Shown here: piece after piece, positions 11,601-19,471 of the stretch
Layout of the letters: each line of letters starts with the position of its first letter
Position numbering within the stretch: position 1 is the first letter of the stretch
Assembly (NCBI GenBank): GCA_013044165.1
Contig: JABEVB010000178.1
Coordinates: 1 to 53,635 of the forward strand
Origin: Phycisphaerales bacterium
GTDB taxonomy: Bacteria; Planctomycetota; Phycisphaerae; WQYP01
Length of the DNA: 53,635 nucleotides
Direction: 5' to 3'
Notes under the pieces: model-generated
Database searches by the model: none
The model's input: only the letters and a program-made list of their open reading frames with translations
Told to the model about the DNA's origin: nothing
Program-made: the position numbers and the translations under genes

Positions 11601-14600
11601 GCCAGGCCGGTGACGCTTTGTGTTTGTTCCGTCAGCGATGGCGCGCCATTGGAGGTAAAATCACCGGGCAATTGCTGCAAAGCGCTGAAATTGCCTGCAC
11701 TCGGGTCGCTCTGCAGGTGGCCCGCATCCACAGTGAGCGCATCAGAGGCATTCTGCGCCAGCGCGTTGACCGCTGTGCCCGATCCGGAAACAAATGCCGC
11801 GGCGCTGCCGCCGATGTAATTCACCGCCGTGGAAAGCCCCACGCCCGCTCCGGTGGCGCCGATGGCCAAAGCACCGGCGACGTCCTGAATTGTGTTTTGA
11901 TTCAAGGCGAGAACGCCCACGTTATCTATTGCGGTGACCTGTGCGTTGTTGTCAATGTCGGCGGTGGCGGTATTGGTAAGAATATTGATAGCGATGGAGC
12001 CCGTCGCGCCCACGCCGGCCGAAGCGCCGACCCCGGCCGCCAAAGAATCAATCGTCGCATTTGAACTGGCGTTGGTGGTAACGTCGTTGGCGAGCCAGAT
12101 GGGGCTTGCACCCGAAGAGGCCCCATGAATATACGCATGTACGGTGGTACCAACGCGATTAATCGCCGTCGCCACGCAGGCCGCCGCATCACCCGAAATC
12201 GCCAGACCGCCGGCCAGCGATTTAATCGTGCTTGTATCCGTCGCCGATACCGTCGTGGTGTTGCCGGCATTGTCCTGCGAACTGTTGCTGATACCCGCGG
12301 TAACGCTGTTGCCGATGTTGTTTGAACTGTTGGCAAAGTTCACCGCGACCGAGCCGGAACCGGCGACGGCAGCGCCAATGCTGCCGATGTAGCCGCCCGA
12401 ACTGGCCATAACCTCGGTGCTGGTAAGCGCGTTAATGGCCGAGTCGCTGATGGTTGCTGAAAGCGAATTGCCGATGTCGCTGATCACAATGCCGACGCCT
12501 ACGCCGACATCACTGCTCACGCCCAGAGCGCCTGCGGCTGCTTTGATCTGAGCATTGGGATCGTCCGCCTTGACCGACAGGGTGCCGGTGGTCACATTGC
12601 TGGAACTTACCGTCGCGGTGGTTTTGTCGAGCGTGAGGTTGACGCCGACAGCTCCGTCTATTGCTGCGTCGCCGCCCACGCCGCCGGCAATTTCCAGGCT
12701 GTTGATGCTTGAGCCGCTGGTGGCATGTACACTTGCATCCTGCGAGCCGTTATTGATGGTGGCGTTGGCGATGGTGGCGCTGCTGCTGTCATCCGTGCCG
12801 TTGTAGCCGATCGAAGCACCAATGGCCGTCTCACTTCCATAGCCGACGTTGCCGGCCAAGGCCCAGATGGCGGCATCATTGCTGCCGGCAACATCAAGGC
12901 CCGAACTTGTGACATTGGTAAGATTCGACGCATCGGATGTTGAGCCGATACTGGCGGAGGTGGTGTCGGCAATCTGGTTGCCTTCCAGCGAACCCAAGCC
13001 GGTAAAACCTTCGGTGGCCACGCCGCCACCAACCGAAAATCCGATGATGGTCGAATTGTCGGTTGCGGTAACGCTTACCTTGCCGCCGGCACGGATCGTT
13101 GCCTGATCAATATAGGCCGTGTAGCTGTCGTTGATGATATTACCGGTAAGACTTAAGCCAGCGGAATTGCCGCCGACGGCAATGGCCGCCGATACACCGA
13201 TGATTTCATTGGCGGTGCCCAGCGGCAGGCTGTTGGTACCCCCGAGGTTGGCATTGAGGTTAAGGCCCGAAAGATTGCTGTTGTAGCCGCCGCCGGCAAT
13301 GTTGCCCAAAATAGTATTGTAGGGCTGTGCGACCGAATCACTGGTACTCACACCCTCGCTGTTAACGGTGACCGCTCCGGTGGTGCTGATGTTGGAGTTT
13401 CCCGCATTGCCGCCGCTGGGTGTGTACGATCCGATGTACGCCCCCAGCGAACTGCCGATGTAGTTGGCATCAAAAGCGCCGCTGATGCTCAGGCCATTTT
13501 CGCTGCCGCCGCCGGTGACAGCGCCGGAGAGAATATTGGCCGCATCAAGCCCTTGGACATTTACCGAGTCGTAGTTTTGATTGCCATTGAGGCCACCATC
13601 GGCGATTACGCCGGCGAGGTAAGCGCTGGTCTGATTGTCTATCACCGAGACGGTAAACGCGGCGCCGACGCCCGTTTGGTCTGAACTGCCGCCATAAAAA
13701 CTGCCACCGCCGGCGCCGAAGAGAGTCTGGTCGTAAGCCGTTACGTTAACCGCCCGGTTGACATCGCCCGCGCGGCTTAGCAGTGTGGAGTTCTGAATCC
13801 AGGCGTCGGTGGTGTTGGTTATCACCGGAACGGAAATTGAAAGCGTTACCGATGTGTTACTGTCGGAGCTTCCGGTGTTGACGGCAAGGCCCAGCCCAAC
13901 CGTCGCTTCAAAACCTCCGGCCAGAGACTCGACATTAATATTGTCGGCGTTGGTCAGGCTGGAGTTTTGAATGTATGCGTCTGTGGTATTGTCTATCAGG
14001 CCGAAGGCCACAGCGCCGGCTACCCCGGTGGCCGACGAACTGCTGCCGCCGGCGCTTACAAAGGCTGCTCCGCCGCTGGCGCTGATTAACCCGGTGTAAT
14101 TGGCCGCCTCAACCGTCGGGTTTACCGCCCCGGCGCCTAAACCATTGAGCGTGACGCCATCAAGATATGCCTTGGTATCAAGCAGGGTGACGTTGGCGGT
14201 GACGCTGCCGGCCACAGCTACGCTGTAACTACTGGAATCAGCGCCCGGATTCTGCGATTGGGCCTGAACATTCTGGCTCGGCAGAATGTAGCCCGATATG
14301 CTGCTTAAGAGAGGGATATTTTGTATGGAACTGCCCACGCTGATGCGAGCGCCATTCACCGTGCCGGCGGCGCTATTGGTAAGCGAGCTGAATTTTCCGC
14401 TGATCCAATTTTTGGCGCTGCCGATGAACCCGGGGCCCGAACTTGAGCTTTCATCCTGATCAGACGACGAGCTGGCCTTGGCGCCAGATACGCCCAATGC
14501 TCCGGCTTGGCCGCTGGTAATGGCTTTTACTGTAAGCGTATTGGCGTTTACCTGACCGCCGCCGGAAACATCGCTCGTGCCGAAAAATGACGAATTATCG

Positions 14601-17600
14601 CCAATGAATGCGGAAGTATTGGTATTGAGATAATTGGCGGCAATGGCGATGCCGACGCCGGCCGTCTGGCCTGCTGAAATCGCACCCGCCCCGTCCCAAA
14701 CCGCCAGCGACTCTACCGAGCCGACATTGACGGCCGCCGCGCTGACGGTCGCGGCATTGCTGATCGCCGCCTGCGTGGTGTTTTCAACATCGGTAAAGCT
14801 GACGATGCCATTGCCGGCAATGCTGCTGCCGCTGCCGGCGCTGGGCGAAATATCCACGGCCTGGTCTACGCCATCGGCCATAACCGATAGACCGGCATCG
14901 CCGGTGTTGGAAACCGTTATATGCGTACCCGAGCCGATTTCGGCATTCGTGTTGTTGCCGTAATAAATGATGGTAAAGCCGCCGCCGATGCCGGTGCCGT
15001 TGCCGCTCGACGAGGTGCCGAGGCTCGGCGCGCTAAGCCCGATGCTGATCGGGTTGCCTGCCATATTGATGCTTTGGGTAAAGTTCTGGGCCGAAACGGT
15101 GACTGGTCCGGCAAAATCCAGCGTGGTGTTGTTGCCGGACGTATCCAGAGGGTTTTCATTCCAGTTAAGCGCGGTTTGCCAACTGTAGCTTTGCCCGCTG
15201 CTGTCGGTGGAGGTGGTTTCGCCCGTGGCTGTGCTGGTGATAGTGGCATTGCGGCCTATGTAGGCTTTTGTGGTGTCGCTTATGTCAAATAAGTCCACCG
15301 CTCCCGCCAGCGCTGTCGAGCTTGAACTGCCCGATCCGCTTCCGCCGGCTGAGCTGCCGCTCGCCGATGCCCCGGCATAACTGGTAAACACCTGTCCCTC
15401 GGCTCCCAGATTGCCGTTGAGCTTGCCCTGATACGACTGGATCCCGCTTGTAATGCTGCTGAAACCCGACCATTGATTCCATGTGACGGTCGCCGGCACA
15501 TACGTGTAAGCATTGATGCCCACATTGGCGGCGGTGATGTTGACGCCGTCACCAATATACGCCTCTGTCGTGTTGTAATGAAAGCCCAGCGCAATGGCGG
15601 CGGTCACCGCAATTTGATTGCCCGATTGGGTCTGACCGTTCTGCTGTTGTTCTGCTTCGGCGGTAGAGCTTGCGTCGGCGTAATCCTGTACGCCGGTAAC
15701 GCTCGTGTCGGCATGTACCGTCACGTTGCCCGAAGCGTTAATGGTGGGTGCGGTATTGGCGGAGTTGCTCGAATCGGTGGCGATATCGGCGGTGGCTCCC
15801 TGATGCACCACGGCCACGCTCACCGATGCACCCACCTGTATGTTGCTGCTGCTTCCGCCCGAGCCACTGTCGGTGGCCACCGCCCCTGTCGCCGAGGAAG
15901 CCGTCGTGGTTAAATATTGCGAGAGATAATCGAACACGCTGTTGTTGTCGGAAAGAAAACTCGACGCTGAAATATTGGAACCCGCACCGGCCGAACCCCA
16001 GTTTGTCTCCTGACTGGTAATGTCGGCCGCAAGTACCTGAACGTTTCCGACGGGGGCGTTGCTTGTGCCCAGGTTGGCGCCTAAAAATGCGATCGCATTC
16101 GTGTTAAGCACGCTGATGGCCGCCGCTATGCCCACGTTACCGGTGGAGGTTGATGTTGAAAACGCCTGCACCGTAAAAGCATTGTTGTTGTTGGCCACCA
16201 CCGAAACGTTGGCTGCATTGGGCGTGTTGATGACCGCGCCACCCGCTATGCTCGCCGTAGACTGAATATTGGCCTGCCCATACGCCAGCGCCGCTGAGAA
16301 TTTCTGAAACGACGCGCTCGATACGCTGTACGCGGTAATGTTGAGCGTATCATTGTTAATCGCCGAGACGCTCAGGCTCGTGTCGGCGGTAATATGCGCG
16401 CCGCTCGCTACCGTGGCCGTGGCGGTTCCGCTGACATCGCCATACAGTACCGGCGCTTCCACATGGCTCGAGTTGTTAAAGCTGGACAACTCCGTGGTTT
16501 GCGCCGTGGCATTGATCGCGCCGCCCACCAGCACCGCCGTGGAGCCAATAGTTACCGTCGCATTACCCGTGGTTTGCACCGCCGGCAACGGGACCGCATC
16601 TACTCCACCGAAAATGTTGGATAGCGCATAGCTCGTGACGTTCTGGCTGCTGTCGAGAAAATCAAACTTGGCTGAAGCATTGGCGTTAAGGGTTATGTCT
16701 CCTGCCGTGATGCCGCCATTGATGGTGATGCCCGTGGTAGAACTGCTGAAATCGGACGTTTGCGCTTGGATGGATTCAAGGTCTACCGCGCCGCCCGAAG
16801 CCACCGTGTTGGCTGATGTCTGGGTGTTGATGTTGGTACCCTGCGGCAGCGTAATAGCGCCGGCGGCATCTACCGTCAGCGAGCCACCATTGGTAGTGAT
16901 CGAACCCAGCGTGACCGTTCCGCTGCTGCCGGTGTCGCTGCCAGTTGGCGAGTTAATGCCCGCATGCAACACCACTCCACCACCGCCGGTTTCGATACTG
17001 CTGCCGACATTAAAAACAATATTTCCGGCGCCGTTGGCGGGTGAACCGCCGCTGTTGGTTCCGGCCTCAAGCGTCAACGTACCGGTTTTAAGCGTTGCCG
17101 CGAGATTAAGGTCTGTAGCTGCTCCCGCCGAGTCACCCATTGTAATCGCGTCAGAGGCCTGCAAGGTAATGTTGGTGTCGCCCAAGGCCTGGAGTTCCGC
17201 CACGCTTACCGTGCTGGTGGTGGACGACGCATCCTGCGAATAGGGCAACTGGGGCGCAGAACCGCCCAGCGTTTCATCGCCGGGCGAGGAGCTGCTGACA
17301 ATGTAAAGATCCGTCGGATCTAAAAGCAGCGTACCGAGCGTCCCGCGCGGTGCGGTGGTATTAACCTCTCCCAGCATGGCCAAACCTTGCCGGGCCGATA
17401 CTTCAACAAAACCGCCATTGCCGCCCTGCGGTCCGCCCCTGGCGTCAATCGTGCCGGCAAAGGTGGTGCCGTCGCTGCTCCAAAGCACGACATGGCCCCC
17501 ATTGCCACGCTCAGAGGCATTGGCCGAAATCTGCGCCCCAGGGGCAACAGTTACCTGCTGCGCCTCAGACATCGCGTCTGGCGCATGCGGGCCACCGCCA

Positions 17601-18532
17601 ATAAAGATGCTGCCGCCCCCGTTCGCTCCCGACGCATCTACCCGGGCCGACGCCGTAAGTTGCACCTGCTTGCCGCTGATGGCCACCGTGCCGCCTGCTG
17701 CACCACCGGCGTGGAGCGCGCCAGCCACCTGCGCGCTTTGCGAGCCGACGATGCTGATCACGCCATTGGCATCCACCACCTGCGAACCCTGCTCAAGTCC
17801 CTGCGTGTTGACCGTAGCGTTAAAAAACGCCTTCTGCAACCGGGCCGCGTCCGCAACGTTCAACGTCGCCGCTCGCGCTACAATCACGTTGGCCGCATCC
17901 AAATTAACCGCCGAGGCCGCGTTGATTTTTCCCGCAATCACCACCGTGCCATCGTGCGACAGCGAGGCCTCGCCCGAGAGCAATTGGCTTGCGGCTGCCG
18001 GGTCTATCTTGCCGGCCTGATTCAACAGAGTGTTCATGAAACTCGCCGAAGCACTGATGGCTGTAAGCGAGCCAACGTTGACGGTTCCACCGGCGCCTAC
18101 GATCATCCCCTGCGGATCTACAAACACGACGTTGCCGCCGATATGGCCGCCATCCACGCTGTTAAGCACACCGTTAATCAGTACCGGCGAGTCCCATACC
18201 AGATTGACCAGATGTGAAGCGCCTGTCGGCACAACCAGGTTTACCGTATGACCCGACCCGACGGTAAAGTTGCCGAAAGAATTAAACGCATCACCGCCCG
18301 CGATGGTGTGAGTGGTAATGGTGGTGATATTGCCATTGTTTTGCAACTGCGTTTGTGTGCGCCCATCGGGCGTGATGAAATTACCGCCAGCCCATGCACC
18401 TGCTGCAGAGCCAAAGGTGGCGGCACTGGCTGCCGCCGCGAGGCGGGCCGCGCGATGAAACCGGGTACGTCGGGTTGCGGATCGCAAAAAATTTGCCGCA
18501 AACTGCATGGAAACATTCCTCTCAAAGCGCAT
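2612..18532 (-). CDS. giant TpsA exoprotein (filamentous-haemagglutinin-like adhesin, 5,306 aa) with N-terminal TPS secretion domain
   Basis: Uninterrupted 15.9-kb ORF with a long signal region (RLAAAASAATFGSAAGAWAGG). TPS-domain motifs are NSFGNFTVGSGHTVNL and VVFVDPQGMIVGAGGTVNVGSL (counterpart of the NPNGI box), then GGNGGFVEVSARQGL...GTLLLDPTDLYIV, typical of FhaB-like large exoproteins. The rest is a Gly/Ala/Ser/Thr/Asn-rich repetitive body. Two candidate ATGs exist: 18532, and 18508 preceded by GAGAGGAA 7 nt upstream (probably the real start). Confidence 0.92.
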   Translation of the reverse strand: MRFERNVSMQFAANFLRSATRRTRFHRAARLAAAASAATFGSAAGAWAGGNFITPDGRTQTQLQNNGNITTITTHTIAGGDAFNSFGNFTVGSGHTVNLVVPTGASHLVNLVWDSPVLINGVLNSVDGGHIGGNVVFVDPQGMIVGAGGTVNVGSLTAISASASFMNTLLNQAGKIDPAAASQLLSGEASLSHDGTVVIAGKINAASAVNLDAANVIVARAATLNVADAARLQKAFFNATVNTQGLEQGSQVVDANGVISIVGSQSAQVAGALHAGGAAGGTVAISGKQVQLTASARVDASGANGGGSIFIGGGPHAPDAMSEAQQVTVAPGAQISANASERGNGGHVVLWSSDGTTFAGTIDARGGPQGGNGGFVEVSARQGLAMLGEVNTTAPRGTLGTLLLDPTDLYIVSSSSPGDETLGGSAPQLPYSQDASSTTSTVSVAELQALGDTNITLQASDAITMGDSAGAATDLNLAATLKTGTLTLEAGTNSGGSPANGAGNIVFNVGSSIETGGGGVVLHAGINSPTGSDTGSSGTVTLGSITTNGGSLTVDAAGAITLPQGTNINTQTSANTVASGGAVDLESIQAQTSDFSSSTTGITINGGITAGDITLNANASAKFDFLDSSQNVTSYALSNIFGGVDAVPLPAVQTTGNATVTIGSTAVLVGGAINATAQTTELSSFNNSSHVEAPVLYGDVSGTATATVASGAHITADTSLSVSAINNDTLNITAYSVSSASFQKFSAALAYGQANIQSTASIAGGAVINTPNAANVSVVANNNNAFTVQAFSTSTSTGNVGIAAAISVLNTNAIAFLGANLGTSNAPVGNVQVLAADITSQETNWGSAGAGSNISASSFLSDNNSVFDYLSQYLTTTASSATGAVATDSGSGGSSSNIQVGASVSVAVVHQGATADIATDSSNSANTAPTINASGNVTVHADTSVTGVQDYADASSTAEAEQQQNGQTQSGNQIAVTAAIALGFHYNTTEAYIGDGVNITAANVGINAYTYVPATVTWNQWSGFSSITSGIQSYQGKLNGNLGAEGQVFTSYAGASASGSSAGGSGSGSSSSTALAGAVDLFDISDTTKAYIGRNATITSTATGETTSTDSSGQSYSWQTALNWNENPLDTSGNNTTLDFAGPVTVSAQNFTQSINMAGNPISIGLSAPSLGTSSSGNGTGIGGGFTIIYYGNNTNAEIGSGTHITVSNTGDAGLSVMADGVDQAVDISPSAGSGSSIAGNGIVSFTDVENTTQAAISNAATVSAAAVNVGSVESLAVWDGAGAISAGQTAGVGIAIAANYLNTNTSAFIGDNSSFFGTSDVSGGGQVNANTLTVKAITSGQAGALGVSGAKASSSSDQDESSSSGPGFIGSAKNWISGKFSSLTNSAAGTVNGARISVGSSIQNIPLLSSISGYILPSQNVQAQSQNPGADSSSYSVAVAGSVTANVTLLDTKAYLDGVTLNGLGAGAVNPTVEAANYTGLISASGGAAFVSAGGSSSSATGVAGAVAFGLIDNTTDAYIQNSSLTNADNINVESLAGGFEATVGLGLAVNTGSSDSNTSVTLSISVPVITNTTDAWIQNSTLLSRAGDVNRAVNVTAYDQTLFGAGGGSFYGGSSDQTGVGAAFTVSVIDNQTSAYLAGVIADGGLNGNQNYDSVNVQGLDAANILSGAVTGGGSENGLSISGAFDANYIGSSLGAYIGSYTPSGGNAGNSNISTTGAVTVNSEGVSTSDSVAQPYNTILGNIAGGGYNSNLSGLNLNANLGGTNSLPLGTANEIIGVSAAIAVGGNSAGLSLTGNIINDSYTAYIDQATIRAGGKVSVTATDNSTIIGFSVGGGVATEGFTGLGSLEGNQIADTTSASIGSTSDASNLTNVTSSGLDVAGSNDAAIWALAGNVGYGSETAIGASIGYNGTDDSSSATIANATINNGSQDASVHATSGSSINSLEIAGGVGGDAAIDGAVGVNLTLDKTTATVSSSNVTTGTLSVKADDPNAQIKAAAGALGVSSDVGVGVGIVISDIGNSLSATISDSAINALTSTEVMASSGGYIGSIGAAVAGSGSVAVNFANSSNNIGNSVTAGISNSSQDNAGNTTTVSATDTSTIKSLAGGLAISGDAAACVATAINRVGTTVHAYIHGASSGASPIWLANDVTTNASSNATIDSLAAGVGASAGVGATGSIAINILTNTATADIDNNAQVTAIDNVGVLALNQNTIQDVAGALAIGATGAGVGLSTAVNYIGGSAAAFVSGSGTAVNALAQNASDALTVDAGHLQSDPSAGNFSALQQLPGDFTSNGAPSLTEQTQSVTGLAINAEQSNTLTQLAFTGALAFDPLGSAAVAGTIDVNVMSGSTDAYINQASINQQTSLTLPGNVTFHLTPGANQQVNVTASTHDYGGGLVLGLAGGATSAAVALTVGVNAFTAQTYAYATGSNISATQGIAINAVSSQDAVGLAAGLSAAIAGVSGTAVVNYFSADTQAYSYGGDLNGGALTIGATSRNSATLVSAAAGVGAVGASGVGLIAINKDNTQAYLGKTGQITTVTTAGAINVTAASSTTMNAMDASVGVGGLGFAGMLTVGQSSNTTMANIASTNIDENQGDPQAAGVNVQATDTLTVQSYAGALGGGGTAGVGGGINVIDISSAVNAGIADSNMKVAGAVAVQATSNRNVQVVTATAGLGGLAGVAGSAGVVIIDGGTPGSDGGYLSTAQGNDSSSISGMNTETSQNFSGNADHSNLNDANGNGLSSNSGSSSNLLDSNGNDISSSISGPSQQQTSLYGGVGNGTTASIVGGSINAGSVSVNAADNTAIDNISGAVGLGGSVGFGSAIAVTELSGVVSASIQGATVQAASVRVSAMESPLSNGFVGQTIQTDAYAGGGSLFVGFGAGVAVGIDNTEVTSSISGNINGNSSVAMTLASHDNSTLNVQSYGFAGGIGALGASISVAHKTSTVKASVGSGSYIQDVASLGLTATDGGYVDASSTAGAVGVVSGNASYANAQDTADVEALINGGTSNSAPTKLNLGSGGLSLTANDTPSASANSFGVSVGAGAGLGASIATAKVAPTVTASSGNYVQINSSGGLTLSAGTYAPTSGSAAYANTVAGSGGLLLGADASVATATDSSEITAQTGAYNTLPLGAISINAFSNSGTDAQSTGVAVGGLALGASASTATSSGVITAAIGQYNNNTTAVITPGNAIGDGDSDNDADAAGGSDSGDVADATPPAPPHNPSVIVQANANDNNTASATAGAGGVVAGDVVVATTSDSAGVSSSVGANSTLVGGAITLAAAHNTTFFASSNSVNASALGASGASAVNNLSGVTSANVGGNTALDASGNLTIAASNNDTENNNNGANDSAKAAGGGIANGSAVTDNNTFTEQALVNISSGDLLIAGTDPLSNPGSLTISASNIINSQDSISLVTGGLLQGAAAVSTVNATETDAVNIGDNTSLISNGTVSVGTYSNDAVTGSAYSSTWGLAGVGASTANVTVSANQSVTLGSNVGVLGYSGVSLTAGMGTGGQISNVAPDAIAQSYVSGLIAIPIVQADATANRSSTLSTGAGDAINSGGDLTLGAYRGPQSAQTDGTAYGFEVGFVPVIVYSNNAANNGNGTINLFGEFAAGYFHNQTINITPSGGTVAVNEVSGAPLVYQIDAAFNPDSYLTALTQNDPSLLAQELTTVSTGTVTAVDLGPLYAAPGNVILHASQITGSGQVAAHGDASINVNNTSDAYLLFDGATIPDTTGGQILYTGTAASVPLGITASATGAGIRSAINIISTSTDPVGTSPTTGSPAPGLAFIVQNSISNIGGLVSITNDGGSLFQTGAAQIAGEQILENIPNGSLFVNTPTVDYNASGNSPYNEWLGYLSPSTPDLAAAYVANSEFGGGNYSSGSSFTYALLGSITEGNIGIITSNREIYPILGNAVPGIAGDNSYNTAQNVGASVGTGAYLFSTLGSPAYTVYYPEVPILNLTPTRSAFPASYATNDASSSVLVGGQIGINALHININGSISSGHITSVNVLLGGSTLGGAIASAQSTGQTVDVTGDISSLGANPADIKATYNPTTNQISITNILASGGGFVYLNGGIANSGDATGSINVNAGFGNVQVINDSGVGVVVNNINAGSEALSEVKIVDQFQHVNGGSPLTTWYVYDVLHGLSVFNNTNGATDLAGAVQVAPPSQTLTANGLTTSYNPLAGLEYQFNVSRNISRSTGGGTVSYDWSWASGWTENSSGYTVGSTSDPQFKEQIGGLFTSYYTHSVSTDTSVNLGTPLTAASLIADGMPDNADYNFPISGTITDLATARVDAPIPINFVGSQTGIINITSNGAPIVLNGQINNPAGSTTIAAIGSTITESPSASIVTNQLTLSGDSGVGTATTPIGIRLVSQLSGLTLPAAPSLSVNAITGGVYVNVDSAVPVAYAKSSGDIVITAQGGITAAPGGSGVQGDNVTLVSQTGGIGTTSSPLAVSVNGVLTATAADSIMLSSSQNLAVNAIASGAGDVSLNVQGNIYNASSETPAQTLSSSQLNAIWSSLGLLQHDSPTAPSPIAVSNAINPYQRLVNTNYQLYWQLLSHGSVNNGTFTLSPSAVASYTPVANAAGYTGSGAAQEYAANKYNQVLNFFQTQFPAGGSSPSYSSLLGTAYNAGFNYTVNAQEQAQLAPDFVWTQGLLTNVLNASAFTPSASNLVGLATPNVSGRNISISASGNIGQPLSPLVVSQQALAAQPLSASDLSAIALAYAPGDIIITGNVNQQQGIITIKQFAPLFVHATGNFTADAHNGPLFVQAAGSLNLPANAISTPTDARLAATQDILAAGTGSEFVSAHQNLYLIAGNGSIGTAATPLAVQTSTLVSAGAGQNVYVSAVGAGDLTLGAAFAANTLSIAVPNGNLLTEPSSSYSGINLAAPTIDLQIPNGRIGNSSTNPLQVNDAPGATPGAINAANVGGEVDIFDPLGNTLGVGAISATGPVNITSAGNIQLGSLTSSYVNATTATFNIAALGAISSASVGTLNLSGPAGSLTTFSAGTGIGAAAIPLLVNLPEFSAATTNGGIYINDEESVTIPNLSAPNGDAAISVTGSLTINNLTVGGNLSLSASSGNITLGNINVTNSLNLHGQNITAVVHQTGAPQPLVANIGGFNGGVANSINLTIYAPSLIFSVLDAANTQLTLSSNQVQVLHGDVPGSLAINTPGETLLLNNTPQPLLPVNVQLYQPGGLFNLLLSPGYVQTDAYVLRYQSGWQDVLLSYIGSHNDTDFAFVGGSIVRDGVRVQTTPFNLQKDKLIYILPPQSLPGLAGLSISPRGGVNVGFLPSRGNKHSSGNS
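8000..16400 (-). repeat. degenerate tandem protein modules inside tpsA (beta-solenoid-type repeat array)
   Basis: At least ~30 copies by eye of a 50-100-aa module with core G-x-[GA]-x-x-[IV]-x-[VI]-[ND]-x(4,5)-T-x-A-[YF]-[IL]. Examples: GVAGAVAFGLIDNTTDAYIQN, GVGAAFTVSVIDNQTSAYLAG, GIAIAANYLNTNTSAFIGDN, AVAGTIDVNVMSGSTDAYINQ, GASGVGLIAINKDNTQAYLGK. Copies are diverged at protein level and no long exact DNA repeats were seen. Boundaries are approximate. Confidence 0.6.
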
Positions 18533-18673
18533 CGCCCAACCATGCTTGGCTCAGCGGCAACCTTGCCAGCTCCTCAAGCCAAAACGTGTGCCTGGCCCCG
18601 GGGGTCATCTGATGGCACTTCAACTGCGGGCCGATAGTTTGTTTTTCTCTCTCAAGGCTCCTTCGCCTGAGTC

Positions 18674-19396
18674 TTAAGCCGCCTGTTTAAGTCGGTTGTG
18701 CAACGCCACGACGTTGCCCAGCGACAACAGGTGGGCATATATCGAACCTAACATGCCGCTTTTTAGCAGGGCGGCCGCGTCGGCTTCAGGCAGCGTGCGG
18801 AGTTTTTCTTCATCCACCGTCCAAAAGCCTGTGAGATTAAATACCTTGCCTGATTGATCTTTTATCTGCAGCGATTTGCTTACCAAGAGGTTCAACCGCC
18901 GCAGTTCCTGCATCATCAGTTGCGTACGCTGCATTTGGGCCTGGTAATCAGTGAGAAACTTGACAATCTCCTTAAAGTAGGCGGTTTGCTCGCCTTGATC
19001 GGTAAACAGCGCTTCGCCCTGGTCCTGCTGCAGCAGCGGACTTTGGGTATCAATCATCACAGTAAAGTTGTCGGGCTTGGCCTGCCCCAGCACAAACGGA
19101 TACCGGCGAATAAACGCCGGAACATACCGCCCCTGCCATTTGCCATCAGAACCCACAAAAAGATTCTCCCGGTCGCGCACGCCCAAGAGTGCCGCGGGCA
19201 TGAGCGTTTCAACGTTCGGCCCGGCAAAAACGATCGGAAACTCAAGCGCCGCCGGCCCAAACTCAACCACCGCCAGCGGTACCGAGTTGGTGGCCCTGGC
19301 AAAGTCCAAGCTTGCGCCCAGCGCGTTTATTTTGAGATTCCGATGCTTCTGCGAATCCACCGGTTCGGGTTTGCTGTAAAACAGTACTTGTGTCAT
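18674..19396 (-). CDS. SapC family protein
   Basis: Strong family signature: NSVPLAVVEFGPAALEFPIVFAG ... AALLGVRDRENLFV ... GRYVPAFIRRYPFVLG. The ORF track extends to 19471, but the ATG at 19396 (MTQVLFYSK) has GAGGAA 6 nt upstream, and the extension would run through the promoter-like element at 19472..19500. Confidence 0.8.
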   Translation of the reverse strand: MTQVLFYSKPEPVDSQKHRNLKINALGASLDFARATNSVPLAVVEFGPAALEFPIVFAGPNVETLMPAALLGVRDRENLFVGSDGKWQGRYVPAFIRRYPFVLGQAKPDNFTVMIDTQSPLLQQDQGEALFTDQGEQTAYFKEIVKFLTDYQAQMQRTQLMMQELRRLNLLVSKSLQIKDQSGKVFNLTGFWTVDEEKLRTLPEADAAALLKSGMLGSIYAHLLSLGNVVALHNRLKQAA

Positions 19397-19471
19397 AAGG
19401 TTCCTCGTAAGGTCAAAGTATTGGGCCGATGCCTCAGCACGTTTTGCCTGTATTGCAAGTTCACCGCCCAA

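Noticed and set aside
2768-18251. Many long plus-strand ORFs inside the tpsA region (e.g. 2768..4177 469 aa, 8169..9284 371 aa, 8678..9577, 10412..11404 330 aa, 17387..18217).
   Set aside because: All are antisense or out of frame to one uninterrupted 15.9-kb ORF with clear TPS motifs. Their products are Arg/Ala/Pro/Gly-rich low-complexity strings, typical of stop-poor alternative frames of GCN/GGN/ACN-rich high-GC coding DNA.
19397-19471. N-terminal 25-codon extension of the SapC ORF given by the ORF track.
   Set aside because: The extension abuts the -10 element of the candidate promoter and has no SD, whereas ATG 19396 has GAGGAA upstream. Family conservation also begins right after that Met.
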